From positions 1 through 64,000 of IMG/VR virus record IMGVR_UViG_3300036770_004723: 64,000 bases of DNA; one strand, 5' to 3'. This document shows, in pieces, positions 17,284-27,584 of the stretch. The notes under the pieces were generated by a model. That model was not told where the DNA came from, searched no databases, and saw only the letters and a program-made list of their open reading frames with translations. A program made the position numbers and the translations under genes. Every line of letters begins with the position of its first letter. Positions within the stretch are counted from its first letter, which is position 1.

Positions 17284-20200
17284 TGAAAAATTTAACTAAC
17301 TTACTTATTGAAATGTTAAGAGCAGATCCTTTAATATCTTCTGCTCACGATGTAATAGATGAATACTTCAAACAAAATGTTACTCAATATATCGATCAGT
17401 TTGAACAATTACGTGCCATCAATGAAAATACACCTAATCAAATTGTAGACGATAGCATTAGATTAATAGGTATGAATATACCTAATTGGGTAATGGAAGC
17501 GAACGGTAATAATATACGTCAATGTTTTTACCACCTAACTCAATTCTATCAGGTTTCCGGTGTAAATGCTTACCCAAAATTTATTGAATTTCTATTGGGT
17601 AGAGGTTTTAAAGTAAGTAATCTTTATACAAGCGATTATGTTTCTTTTTACACAGAACCGAAAGGAAAATTAGTCCACGAAGGCGGCACATGGTTTAGTA
17701 CAAGTCATGTAGATCTTGAAGTTTACGCTAACAATATTTTAAATGCGTACCCTTTAACCTTGAATGATCAAGATGTAGTTTGGATCAAAAAAAGTCTAGA
17801 TTATGAAAAACAACCTCAGTGGAAAAAAGACGATATTGATAACGATATAAATTTAATGATTAAAAACGGAACAGTGTACGGTATCAATGATGCTGTTTAT
17901 GCTTACACTGTACTAGATAAAAGAATCATTGATTTGTTTTATCAATTTGCACCTATTGAAGAAGTAGTGCGCGGTATTTACATGACTATTGCTTCAGCAG
18001 CAAATTTAATTATATCAATGAGTGTTGTTGAAGAAGGAATTGATTTTGTAGATCTTAGCTCAGCCAATCCGTTAACTGTGATTTTAGAGCTTAATAGTAT
18101 GTTAAGCGCAGGTAAAGAGTATAAATACTATGCCAGAGTTATTTGGGACAATGAAAGTGAAACCATTGAACCTATTAAAATAACTTGGGCGGATCATGGT
18201 TATACTCTAATAGATAAAGATACAATTATTTTTGCAGAAGTAGAAAATCTTATACGTAAAAATGTAGTTTTACAATATACTTGTGTTGGAAGATCCTTAT
18301 CCAGTACAATTACTGTGTATCAGGGAGGCGTCGAATTAGTACCTGCTGAAGTATTAATAAGCGGCTCTAATATTCTTAGAGAAAATTCAGTAACTCAATT
18401 TAAGGTTTTAGGTAATTTTCGTGGTCCTCAAGGTGACACTAAGATACGTGAAATATTCGATGTAGAAAATGTCAAATTTTATTCTGAAAGTGAACACGTT
18501 TCGGTAAACGGTTTTCAAGTAAAAGTAAACAGAATCTTTGAAGATAAAAATATTAAATTGTTTGCTGAATACACAACCAGCGAAAATGTTATAATAGCAA
18601 CAGAATACGATGTTGTACTAAAACAAAATCTTAAACCAGTATTACCTATTAATATAATACAAAGATTTTTCAAATTGGTAATAGATGTAAATGGTGAGGT
18701 ATTAGGTGAATCTGAAGAATTTGGAGACTTGGTTCAAGGAACAACTTACAGATTTCTTACACAAGTACTTTATTCTAACAATCAAGTTGTTGATGTTAGA
18801 TGTGACAATTTATTATCCAGTCCTGTTATTACTATTGATTCCTCTGATAAATTTTTAGTCACCGCAACTGGATCTAACTACTCTAATGTATTCACGTCCA
18901 AGTACGTAGAAAATGATGAAACCTTAATTGTTGAAACTAAAAAACTGTGCATGTTTCCTCAAATAGAATTGTTGAATTTGGAAATCCAAGGCCCAAGTTT
19001 TATAAAAGAAGGAGAAGTGCAAAACTACACAGTTATAGCCGAGTGGAGTAGTGGTCAATACAGCAGTGTACCTGCGGCTACCTTAACAAGTAAAGAAAGT
19101 TTATTAGGTAATCAATTACTGTACGCTTTGGATATCAACAACTTCGGCCAAGTAACTGCGCCTGTAATAGGTAGAACGCGGCCTGCTTTGTTAACAGCAA
19201 AAACACAACGTTACACTGACGGTCAATGGATAAGCACACAAAGAATTATTGAAATTAAAAATACAGAAAGAGAACCAGTTACTTTAGATATTATAATGTC
19301 TGAAGTTATTAATGAAGGAAATATACTTCCCTTATATTTCTACGCGAATTGGTCTGACGGAAAACGAACTCAGGTATTACCAAACAAAGTTGTTTTAAAA
19401 ACAGACAGTAGAGTATTATGCTCTATGATCCGTGAAAATGAAAACAGTCCTGATCTATTTCAAGAATTTAAGTATGGTGGATTATCTATTGAAAACGATC
19501 CTAATTTGGTTTTCACTGATTTTGAAAATGGTGTAGAATGCAAACAATTAAATCTTGAATACTCTAGACCTAGTTCAATAAAAGGATTAGTAACTATTTC
19601 TTTCGAGTATACAGATCCTGCCTCTAGTGTTACACTTACTTATGATCGTATTTTCACAGCCATAGCCTATATTGTAACACCTACAGATATAGAGCTAGAT
19701 TCACCTGTTGTAATGGGTGAAGGTACACGATATTTTGTCCGTGCTTTAGTGACGTATGAAGACAGTTCAGTAAAAGAAGTGGATGCGATTTGGAAAATAA
19801 CGGATACTGTAGGTGACACTGAAGATCTAGATGCGGATATAAGCCAAGGCTTCTTTACACTAGATCAAATAGTCCAAAGCTTAATCGGTGAGTCAAAAGA
19901 AAATATAACAGATTTAGCTTTAAGTGGGCAAAATTTAGATCAATTCCAAATAAGAAGTCTTGTCCAAGGCGAGCCTTTATTCAGATCGCTACAAAACCAA
20001 CCTATACTAGGTCAAACTTGGCCGCAAAAACTTGCGATTTTATATGCCCAATATAGTGAAGCACTTCCTAGATGTGTGGTGCAAACACGTTTTGGAGATC
20101 AAGACGCTAAATTTGTTTTAAATTGTTCGTTCTACGCACTTCAAGACCAAAAAGTAATAGATGTAATAGATAAAGAAGTAGAGCCTTCTAATAAAATTTT

Positions 20201-21926
20201 AAATTGGTATATAACTGGTGATGTTGAAATAGTAGCGAATTTATACAATTTTTATTCTTACGGTCTTGTAGTAAAATACGATGACACCGGCGTAGAATAT
20301 TTAGTAAGTAATGATTGGAGTATTGAACTATATGCTGATGATACTTTTGATCAGCGACGTGAATTAATCAGAACTATAGTAATGCGTGACGGTGATAGCA
20401 TATTGCCTATGGATAATGATGGTAGCGGAACACGTAAAACTGTCGATGAATTAACAACTGAAGAAATGTTGAATATAATGCCTACTAGCAGCGTAGTTGA
20501 CATAGATCAAAATGGTTATCTGTATCCAAGAATAAATGAAAATATTAGAGCAGTCATTACAGCTGATTATGATGATGGTGAACAAGTATTTAGTGAGTCA
20601 CTAAGTATCTACATGAGAAAACAAAATACTAGATTGAAAAAGATTGAAATAGCCTTAATAGGTCCAACAGGAAATTTAACTTATGATTTTAAAACTAAGT
20701 TAAAAGACGAACCTAATGAATGGTCTTTTGTTTCACCTGAAAACGTAGTTTACTATCAATTCAAGGCTTTTTTAACACGTATGGATAGTATAGATCCTGT
20801 AGAGCTATCTAAAAACTTATTTTGGAAAGCTGAACCCATAGGTACAGGTGTTAGTTTTGATGAATTGACTGGCCGACTTTATGTACAAAGACAATTTGAT
20901 GATAGTGATATAACTATAGTGGCTAAATATGAAGAAGAGTTCCGTGAAAGCGAAACAAGTTCAACTGTATTTCTAGAGGAGATTGTAGCAAGATCTATTT
21001 TAAAAATTTTTGCACATAAAGCCTTGGATGCAATTGATGTAGTGGGTTCTTTGCATACAAATAGCGGTACAACTTATTACCCAAAAGTAGATGTTGTTAG
21101 ACGTGATGGATCATTGGCACAAAATGTTTTGCAATTTGCTCTTGTTTCTGGTCCTAACGATGTAAGTTTGACAGCTGATCTGTTAGGTTTTGTTATACCA
21201 AAAAGAACAACAGATGCAACAATGATCATTCGTGCTTTAGCGACAGAAGGATCGAGAGTTATAAAGAGAGATCTTGAGATAAATATACTAGCTTCTTTTG
21301 TTCCTATGGATTTAGTCATAAACAGTAATCCTAGCGGCCTTAGAGATAATAGTAAATATTTTCTAAAAGCTTTTTTAGAAATGCGTGATAATACTGTATA
21401 TGATGCAACTCAAGAATGTTACTGGTTATTGGATACAAACTTTAATGGTTTAAATTTAGGAAATCGCAATGGCATACTCGAAGTTCCTTATGTTGAGAAA
21501 GATACTGAGATAGTAATTCGTTGTATATATACACGTAATGAAAAATCTTTTGAGAAAAAACACGTTATTACCATACAATCAAGTTATCCAATATTTTTCA
21601 GTGAGGTTGCTCAACCTATAGATGATCAATTTTTGCAGACAATATTGGCAGGTAGTAAATTTCTTAGGTTGTTGAGTGATGTAGGTGGAAAATTTACTTG
21701 CGCACCTAATGCCAATGAGTACTGCTATTTTGCTTGTAAAAAATCTAATGGAATTGCCAATATAGCTATAGTACCTAGTTCAAGTAATCAAGTTAATTGG
21801 GGAGGTATGTTAATGCCTGTTGAAGTAACTAGAACTTATTTGGACGGTACTGCTGAAATTTGGAATATTTACAGAAACACAGTTAGAGGCTTTGGTGTTG
21901 CAGAATTTAGTGTAGCATATACTTAA
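17283..21926 (+). CDS. Large baseplate protein with tandem Ig-like repeats
   Basis: 1547 aa; gp7-like position; recurring I.G...V.EG....Y.V.A.(W/Y).DG-type units. Confidence 0.65.
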   Translation: MKNLTNLLIEMLRADPLISSAHDVIDEYFKQNVTQYIDQFEQLRAINENTPNQIVDDSIRLIGMNIPNWVMEANGNNIRQCFYHLTQFYQVSGVNAYPKFIEFLLGRGFKVSNLYTSDYVSFYTEPKGKLVHEGGTWFSTSHVDLEVYANNILNAYPLTLNDQDVVWIKKSLDYEKQPQWKKDDIDNDINLMIKNGTVYGINDAVYAYTVLDKRIIDLFYQFAPIEEVVRGIYMTIASAANLIISMSVVEEGIDFVDLSSANPLTVILELNSMLSAGKEYKYYARVIWDNESETIEPIKITWADHGYTLIDKDTIIFAEVENLIRKNVVLQYTCVGRSLSSTITVYQGGVELVPAEVLISGSNILRENSVTQFKVLGNFRGPQGDTKIREIFDVENVKFYSESEHVSVNGFQVKVNRIFEDKNIKLFAEYTTSENVIIATEYDVVLKQNLKPVLPINIIQRFFKLVIDVNGEVLGESEEFGDLVQGTTYRFLTQVLYSNNQVVDVRCDNLLSSPVITIDSSDKFLVTATGSNYSNVFTSKYVENDETLIVETKKLCMFPQIELLNLEIQGPSFIKEGEVQNYTVIAEWSSGQYSSVPAATLTSKESLLGNQLLYALDINNFGQVTAPVIGRTRPALLTAKTQRYTDGQWISTQRIIEIKNTEREPVTLDIIMSEVINEGNILPLYFYANWSDGKRTQVLPNKVVLKTDSRVLCSMIRENENSPDLFQEFKYGGLSIENDPNLVFTDFENGVECKQLNLEYSRPSSIKGLVTISFEYTDPASSVTLTYDRIFTAIAYIVTPTDIELDSPVVMGEGTRYFVRALVTYEDSSVKEVDAIWKITDTVGDTEDLDADISQGFFTLDQIVQSLIGESKENITDLALSGQNLDQFQIRSLVQGEPLFRSLQNQPILGQTWPQKLAILYAQYSEALPRCVVQTRFGDQDAKFVLNCSFYALQDQKVIDVIDKEVEPSNKILNWYITGDVEIVANLYNFYSYGLVVKYDDTGVEYLVSNDWSIELYADDTFDQRRELIRTIVMRDGDSILPMDNDGSGTRKTVDELTTEEMLNIMPTSSVVDIDQNGYLYPRINENIRAVITADYDDGEQVFSESLSIYMRKQNTRLKKIEIALIGPTGNLTYDFKTKLKDEPNEWSFVSPENVVYYQFKAFLTRMDSIDPVELSKNLFWKAEPIGTGVSFDELTGRLYVQRQFDDSDITIVAKYEEEFRESETSSTVFLEEIVARSILKIFAHKALDAIDVVGSLHTNSGTTYYPKVDVVRRDGSLAQNVLQFALVSGPNDVSLTADLLGFVIPKRTTDATMIIRALATEGSRVIKRDLEINILASFVPMDLVINSNPSGLRDNSKYFLKAFLEMRDNTVYDATQECYWLLDTNFNGLNLGNRNGILEVPYVEKDTEIVIRCIYTRNEKSFEKKHVITIQSSYPIFFSEVAQPIDDQFLQTILAGSKFLRLLSDVGGKFTCAPNANEYCYFACKKSNGIANIAIVPSSSNQVNWGGMLMPVEVTRTYLDGTAEIWNIYRNTVRGFGVAEFSVAYT

Positions 21927-21999
21927 GTAATTACATAGATTGATGTGAGTAGTACACTAATTTATATCAAAGTTTTATATTTAATAGGAAATTCTTAAA

Positions 22000-24366
22000 A
22001 TGATTCCAGATCGTTTATTATTGACTCCAGAAGGTAGATCGGCTTTATTAAGTGCAGAAGCAGGCGGCATAAAAATCCGCCCTGCTTCTTTTCGCATAGG
22101 TAACTATTCAGGTGTAGCTACACCTGATACACCTACGGATATTCTAGGTGATGTACTTTTTGAAGACACTTTATTTTTATGTGAAGTAATTTCAGGTAAT
22201 ACCGCGAGATTTACAGTGGAAATACCTAAAACCGATAGTACTATCAGTATAACAGAAGCAACAGTTAAACTGGAAAGTGGTGAGACACTAGGTTACGTCC
22301 GCACTAGTGTTCCATACGATAAAGCAGCCAATAGAAAAATTCGTTTAAGTTTTATGTTACATCTAGATGAAAATATTGCACATGTAATTGATGTTACTTT
22401 AAGTACGTTCGGTTCTGTACCTAGTGTAATTTCTTTAGATGAATTACCTTCACCTGTAAACAGCATTGCCAATACTTTAGTAGTATTAGACTTGCAAAAG
22501 AATGGCCTTGATGATTATAGCCCTGAATTAGTTTATAGATTTGGTGCAGGAGGTTCTGTTTGGGGCTTCAGCGGTTGTACAAGATTATTCAATGGCAATG
22601 TGAATTTCACAGATAGCGCAAATTTCGAGCAGGATTCTGTTATCGAAGATTACGAACTAGAAACAGACGATGAAGTTATTTGCTTTATAAGTAGTGGAAA
22701 AGGTGCAGGATCCACAAGAAGATTTAAAGTAATAGCAAATAAATTTATGGCAGTTAATGCGGGATTTGTAGATGCAGATAACAGTTCTGTTCTACATATA
22801 TGGAGGCAGATTGGAGGCATTAGTGGATCGGCAGGTTTAGGTTTACCTGACAGAAATGGTGTAGGTCCCGATTGGGTACTTGTAGCAGGAGAATCTAATA
22901 AATTGCCTTATTGGGCACCTGCTTCAAACGGTGCCTCTAAAACTCGTGGTAATATTTATAACCCGCCAGGTAAGTTAAAAGTACTTCCTATTACATTAAT
23001 GCCTACTGCAAGCCAAAAATCTTTTGTTTTATATAATGAAGATCCTTTGTCTTCCAGTGACGAAGAAAGTTGGATTCACAGATACTCATATCGAAAAAAT
23101 CCTTCTTATTCTATGATTGCCTTAGGTAATGTTAATCAGTTACATACATCGTACAATCTTTATAATAATATGCTGGAATTTCCAGAAGATGTCCCAATTG
23201 AAGCTATTATTGATGCTAGACTTTTTGAGCTTGATTCACATACAGGCACCAGAATGTTTATGAAATCAAATACTCATGTAGGTGACAGTTTAAAACGTGA
23301 ATTTGATTTACCTGCATTACCTGAAGATTCATCTAATGTCTTTGTGTATTTGGAAAGAACATTATTGAGTCCCGCAACGTATACAATCGATCTGTCTAAG
23401 AATAAGCTTGTTTTTTATGAAGCACCTAAAATCGGCCTTAAATTTGAAATCAATGTAATGGCCTATGAAGATATTGTAGGTTTTGCTACATTGATGCACG
23501 TACATCAGGTAACGGTTACTGATAGCAGACGTGTTTTTGTTCTGCCTTTTTCCGTAGGTACAAAAGAAAACATTTTAATTAACTTGAATGGTTTGCATTT
23601 ATTCAAAGATGAATATGTATTGATCGGAAATAAAATTGTTACCAATGTCGATATTCAGGTAAATGCAACAGGACCTTTGGATTTAGAATTTATTATATTC
23701 GAAAACGTAAGATCAGAAGGCACGGCAGATACTGCTTTACGTAATATTGTAGTGGATGCAGTATTGAATAAAGACGGATTGGTTTTAATTAGAAATGGCG
23801 CGGATAATATCCCAATACCTTTGCCAAAAATAAATATTACTTCTAGTGACGGTATTAAAATAGAAGGGAATTTTCCAAACTTCCATTTAACACTACCCGC
23901 AGTTAAAAGTAAAAACGATCAATTTAGTGCTATATCTAAAACAGAAAAAGCGTTGAACTCTAATGAATTAAATGCAACTTTTAAAGTAGAGTTCCGAAAT
24001 GACATCATGATAAAAATTGATGCTTATTTCGAAGCACAGCTAGGTCCAGGATTTAAATCAAGTTCAGGTCTAGAGGAAATGCAATTCGGTGTCGGATTTA
24101 AAACTTTAAAAAGTAGCCAGCCTGAGTTAGGTAGAAATATCAAAGGTACTGGTATTTCAGGTTTTTCTGTAAGCACTGAAGCAGCTACAGGCGTAGTAGC
24201 TTATAGCAATGGCAGTGTAGGTGATGCTATTATACTAAAAGCAGAAAATAATCCACAAGGATATATTGAAATAGTGGCTACATTAAAGTTGGTAAATACT
24301 AAAGTAGGTGATTACGGATCCAACGCTCGTATAACACTAAGCGGTATAGTAATACCTGTAGGTTAA
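22000..24366 (+). CDS. Baseplate/tail-fibre attachment protein
   Basis: N-terminal LLLTPEGRSALLSAEAGGIKIRPASFRIG resembles tail-collar fibre N-termini; three internal F.LP...V...NG....Y....N.L.F repeats. Confidence 0.65.
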   Translation: MIPDRLLLTPEGRSALLSAEAGGIKIRPASFRIGNYSGVATPDTPTDILGDVLFEDTLFLCEVISGNTARFTVEIPKTDSTISITEATVKLESGETLGYVRTSVPYDKAANRKIRLSFMLHLDENIAHVIDVTLSTFGSVPSVISLDELPSPVNSIANTLVVLDLQKNGLDDYSPELVYRFGAGGSVWGFSGCTRLFNGNVNFTDSANFEQDSVIEDYELETDDEVICFISSGKGAGSTRRFKVIANKFMAVNAGFVDADNSSVLHIWRQIGGISGSAGLGLPDRNGVGPDWVLVAGESNKLPYWAPASNGASKTRGNIYNPPGKLKVLPITLMPTASQKSFVLYNEDPLSSSDEESWIHRYSYRKNPSYSMIALGNVNQLHTSYNLYNNMLEFPEDVPIEAIIDARLFELDSHTGTRMFMKSNTHVGDSLKREFDLPALPEDSSNVFVYLERTLLSPATYTIDLSKNKLVFYEAPKIGLKFEINVMAYEDIVGFATLMHVHQVTVTDSRRVFVLPFSVGTKENILINLNGLHLFKDEYVLIGNKIVTNVDIQVNATGPLDLEFIIFENVRSEGTADTALRNIVVDAVLNKDGLVLIRNGADNIPIPLPKINITSSDGIKIEGNFPNFHLTLPAVKSKNDQFSAISKTEKALNSNELNATFKVEFRNDIMIKIDAYFEAQLGPGFKSSSGLEEMQFGVGFKTLKSSQPELGRNIKGTGISGFSVSTEAATGVVAYSNGSVGDAIILKAENNPQGYIEIVATLKLVNTKVGDYGSNARITLSGIVIPVG

Positions 24367-24377
24367 AGGAATATTCT

Positions 24378-25883
24378 ATGAATTTTTCCACACGATTGGA
24401 ATTAATATCTAATCAAACAGATCCTGATCAAAGTCTAGGTAAACTAGACAGTTTAGGATCTGTTAAATTTGACACAGAACAAGCTGCAAATCCTTTAAAT
24501 ATATCTTTTGCTTATGATAAAAAAGCAGGAATACTTTCTTTAGTTTTATCTCCAGACAACATAATACAGGCTACAGGTTTTATCACGGAAAGTATGGTAG
24601 GTACGGGATTACGAGGCGGGAAAGGTAAAAGGGGACGTGATGGAAAAAATGGAAGATTAGGTTATGATGGAAAAACTGGGAAAACGGGATGTGTAGGGTT
24701 ACCAGGTAAAAAAGGTAAAAAAGGTCTAAGTGGAAAAGATGGCGAAGATGGACCTATTGGGCCAATAGGTTATGCAGGTCCAATAGGCGAAGATGGCGAA
24801 GATGGCGAAGATGGCGATAAAGGTATTATAGGACATGAAGGTTCAAGAGGTCTAACAGGTTCTAGCTGTTGGCAAGGTGAAGAAGGAATTCAAGGACCTA
24901 AACCTTTTGAATTTGTACATTTTTCACCTACTCCACCAAATGACTTAACTGTTTATCTTTGGGCACAGCCTGTAGAAATTTCTGTAGATCCGACAACACC
25001 TGCTATACCGCAAACTCCAATGTCAGGATCTATAGAAAGTAAAAGTATGAATGTGCCGACTGTAGGATCTGGTTGGTATCAAGGAACATTATACTTTAAT
25101 CTAAGTAGTTTTCAAGGAGGCACTGGACCATTTATATATAAATGGTCAGGTGACTACTCAGGAAAGTTAGAATTAGTTGTTGTAGACACAGGCGAAGCCA
25201 GTCAAAACCTAAATTTAAGATGTAGACTTTATTTAAATGAGACTACTGTTAAAAGATTGGAAGGCAAAGTGTATCTTGAAATAACAGATTCATCTAACGG
25301 ACAAAAGTTAAACTTAGAGGCCAATTACTCTTTTATCGTACAAGCTACTTTAATTGTTGGTGGGGGCGGTGGTGGAGGCGGTGGTGGTTGTATACTATAC
25401 GGCCAAAAAGTTTTAACAGTCACCAAGAAAAATGTTTTAATAGAAAATGTTTTATTAGGTGACAGTTTATTAGGGTGTGATATTAAAGGCGTTCCAGATT
25501 CTTCTGGAGGCAGCATGAAATATTTTGAGTGGTCTACAACAAATCTTATTGAACATGAAACGGATGTGTATGTAAGAAAAGCTGATCACTCAACACATAA
25601 TGTTTACTATGAAATAAACGGTGATCTGTGTTTAACAGGCGAAGAAGCACTTTTAGTGTGCCGTAATGAACATTGGCGCTTTTTGCGGGTAGTTAATATA
25701 AAAATAGGTGATCTGCTCAAGCATATAGATGGAACAAAAAAGATTACTGAAATAAAGAAAATCGAAAAAGATGTTAAAGTAGTCAGTTTAGATGTTGAAA
25801 GCATTGATATGTTTTATGTGAACGGTTACGTTATACATAATAAAGAAGCTTTAGATGCAGAATACAAACAAATAGAATATTAA
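24378..25883 (+). CDS. Collagen-like fibre protein with C-terminal Gly10-Hint domain
   Basis: Long Gly-X-Y run, beta domain, Gly10, then C-ILYG...YVNGYVIHN. Confidence 0.85.
   Translation: MNFSTRLELISNQTDPDQSLGKLDSLGSVKFDTEQAANPLNISFAYDKKAGILSLVLSPDNIIQATGFITESMVGTGLRGGKGKRGRDGKNGRLGYDGKTGKTGCVGLPGKKGKKGLSGKDGEDGPIGPIGYAGPIGEDGEDGEDGDKGIIGHEGSRGLTGSSCWQGEEGIQGPKPFEFVHFSPTPPNDLTVYLWAQPVEISVDPTTPAIPQTPMSGSIESKSMNVPTVGSGWYQGTLYFNLSSFQGGTGPFIYKWSGDYSGKLELVVVDTGEASQNLNLRCRLYLNETTVKRLEGKVYLEITDSSNGQKLNLEANYSFIVQATLIVGGGGGGGGGGCILYGQKVLTVTKKNVLIENVLLGDSLLGCDIKGVPDSSGGSMKYFEWSTTNLIEHETDVYVRKADHSTHNVYYEINGDLCLTGEEALLVCRNEHWRFLRVVNIKIGDLLKHIDGTKKITEIKKIEKDVKVVSLDVESIDMFYVNGYVIHNKEALDAEYKQIEY
25389..25841 (+). 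other. Hint (intein-like) domain, 151 aa, non-canonical
   Basis: Cys1 (aa 338), block B TGEE (His replaced), terminal HN followed by Lys. Confidence 0.8.
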
Positions 25884-25892
25884 GAAGGTAAT

Positions 25893-26543
25893 ATGTCAAA
25901 ATTAACTACAGTTCCTGTAGGTTTAATTACTGCACCTTCAGGGCAAGATGGTGCAAAACTTCAGGTAAAAAATAAAGCAATTGTACCGGTAACAACACAA
26001 GATCAAAATGTCACACCGATAACAAAAATGGAATTCGATGCAAGCGTAGGTGTTTTGACAATTGTTTTTTTAAACAATTCTTCTATGCCTGTTAGTGGTT
26101 TCCCTACTTTATCTGATATACCTCAAGGACAACAAGGACCTGAAGGAGAACCAGGAATTGATGGTCGTGATGGTCGTGATGGTCGTGATGGAAAAGATGG
26201 TGAAATTGGTTGTGTTGGCCCAGTAGGTGAAACTGGTGATCAAGGTGAAGATGGTAGAGATGGATTAGAGGGACCTATTGGCCCAATAGGTATTCAAGGA
26301 CCTCAAGGAAAAAGAGGTGAACGTGGGAAAAAAGGAGAGCAAGGAGATCAAGGACCACCCGGTAAACAAGGATTACCTGGTATAGAGGGACCACGAGGAA
26401 AAATTGGCAAACAAGGTCCACCAGGAAGAATAAATATTTTAGTAAGTGAAACAGATCCTGGTCCAAGTTTAGGTATCGGCGGTATTTGGGTAAATCCTTT
26501 AATAGGTCAAGTCGCAGATGATACCGCACAATTTTTTTCATAA
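25893..26543 (+). CDS. Collagen-like fibre protein
   Basis: ~100 aa Gly-X-Y run, then ETDPGPSLGIGGIWVNP cap. Confidence 0.85.
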   Translation: MSKLTTVPVGLITAPSGQDGAKLQVKNKAIVPVTTQDQNVTPITKMEFDASVGVLTIVFLNNSSMPVSGFPTLSDIPQGQQGPEGEPGIDGRDGRDGRDGKDGEIGCVGPVGETGDQGEDGRDGLEGPIGPIGIQGPQGKRGERGKKGEQGDQGPPGKQGLPGIEGPRGKIGKQGPPGRINILVSETDPGPSLGIGGIWVNPLIGQVADDTAQFFS

Positions 26544-26552
26544 GGTAATTTT

Positions 26553-27044
26553 ATGAGTATAACACAAATTCCTTTAGATTTAATAAGTCCTGGTGCAGTT
26601 TCTGGAGTATTAAGTGCTGCCGGTAATTCAGTTCATGTCACACCAAGCTCAAACGATGTAAATGAATTAAGAGGATTTTATGATCCTTCACAAGGAATAT
26701 TAACTTTAAGTATTCCAAACATTGGAAAAATAAATATCGCAGGTTTTCCAACAAAATCGGATGTTGGTGTAGGCAGACAAGGACCTAGCGGTCGAGATGG
26801 ATCTGCTGGCATTGACGGGTTGATAGGTGAAGCAGGCACAAAAGGTTCTCTTGGTTGTCGTGGCCCTGAAGGACCTCAAGGAAGACAAGGTGAAAGAGGA
26901 CCAAGAGGTTTAGTAGGTCCTCAAGGACAACAAGGCATTCAAGGCATTCAAGGTAATGACGGACGTGATGGAAAAGTTTTAATATTCATACAAAGTGAAC
27001 AACCTGGTGCAGTTGGCGCGGGCGCAATTTGGATAAGACCTTAG
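26553..27044 (+). CDS. Collagen-like fibre protein (paralogue of 25893)
   Basis: Same N-domain (YD...G.LTL...GFPT), Gly-X-Y run, EQPGAVGAGAIWIRP cap. Confidence 0.85.
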   Translation: MSITQIPLDLISPGAVSGVLSAAGNSVHVTPSSNDVNELRGFYDPSQGILTLSIPNIGKINIAGFPTKSDVGVGRQGPSGRDGSAGIDGLIGEAGTKGSLGCRGPEGPQGRQGERGPRGLVGPQGQQGIQGIQGNDGRDGKVLIFIQSEQPGAVGAGAIWIRP

Positions 27045-27089
27045 TAGGTTCGGTTCTTTTTGGATAAACTTTATTATTAGGAAATAAAA

Positions 27090-27566
27090 ATGCAGATCAA
27101 AAAATTAAATTTAGATACTAAATCTTTTTTATCAAGTTCGATGGATACAGAAACAGCCTTACTTTCAGCCAATAGCGCTGTAGAGTATTACAAAACAGAA
27201 ATGCGTAAACTTTTTCCTATCTTTATGGTACAAGCTACTGTAAGAAAGGTTTTAGGTGGTGACAGCATGTATCTCGTTTTTGCGAATGTCGGTAGTAAAG
27301 ACGAAGCACCTAATAATATAATGGATAATGTTAGTGGCTACTTCACTATTGTTATTGATGTTGCTCGTGGTGAAAAATATAAACCAATTGAAAAATTTGA
27401 AGCAGAAATGGTACGAGGTGGTGTATCCAAACGTGTTCAATCTTTTGGTGTAAAAAGCTTTAGAAAGATCAGCGGTGCCGATCCTATTGAAGTAACAAAA
27501 AAAGTTGTCAAGTGGTATGCTACTAATAAAGAAGCTTTAGAAAGTTTGCCTGTTAGTGTTTATTAA
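27090..27566 (+). CDS. Hypothetical soluble protein inside the fibre cluster
   Basis: 158 aa, AGGA RBS; charged alpha/beta sequence without fibre motifs. Confidence 0.75.
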   Translation: MQIKKLNLDTKSFLSSSMDTETALLSANSAVEYYKTEMRKLFPIFMVQATVRKVLGGDSMYLVFANVGSKDEAPNNIMDNVSGYFTIVIDVARGEKYKPIEKFEAEMVRGGVSKRVQSFGVKSFRKISGADPIEVTKKVVKWYATNKEALESLPVSVY

Positions 27567-27584
27567 TAATTGGGGATTAGGATT

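Noticed and set aside
15049-21964. 12-mer TACACTAATTTA in two intergenic regions (15049-15060, 21953-21964) as a late promoter
   Set aside because: Only two copies; the first abuts the RNase H ribosome-binding region; plausible by chance at this AT content
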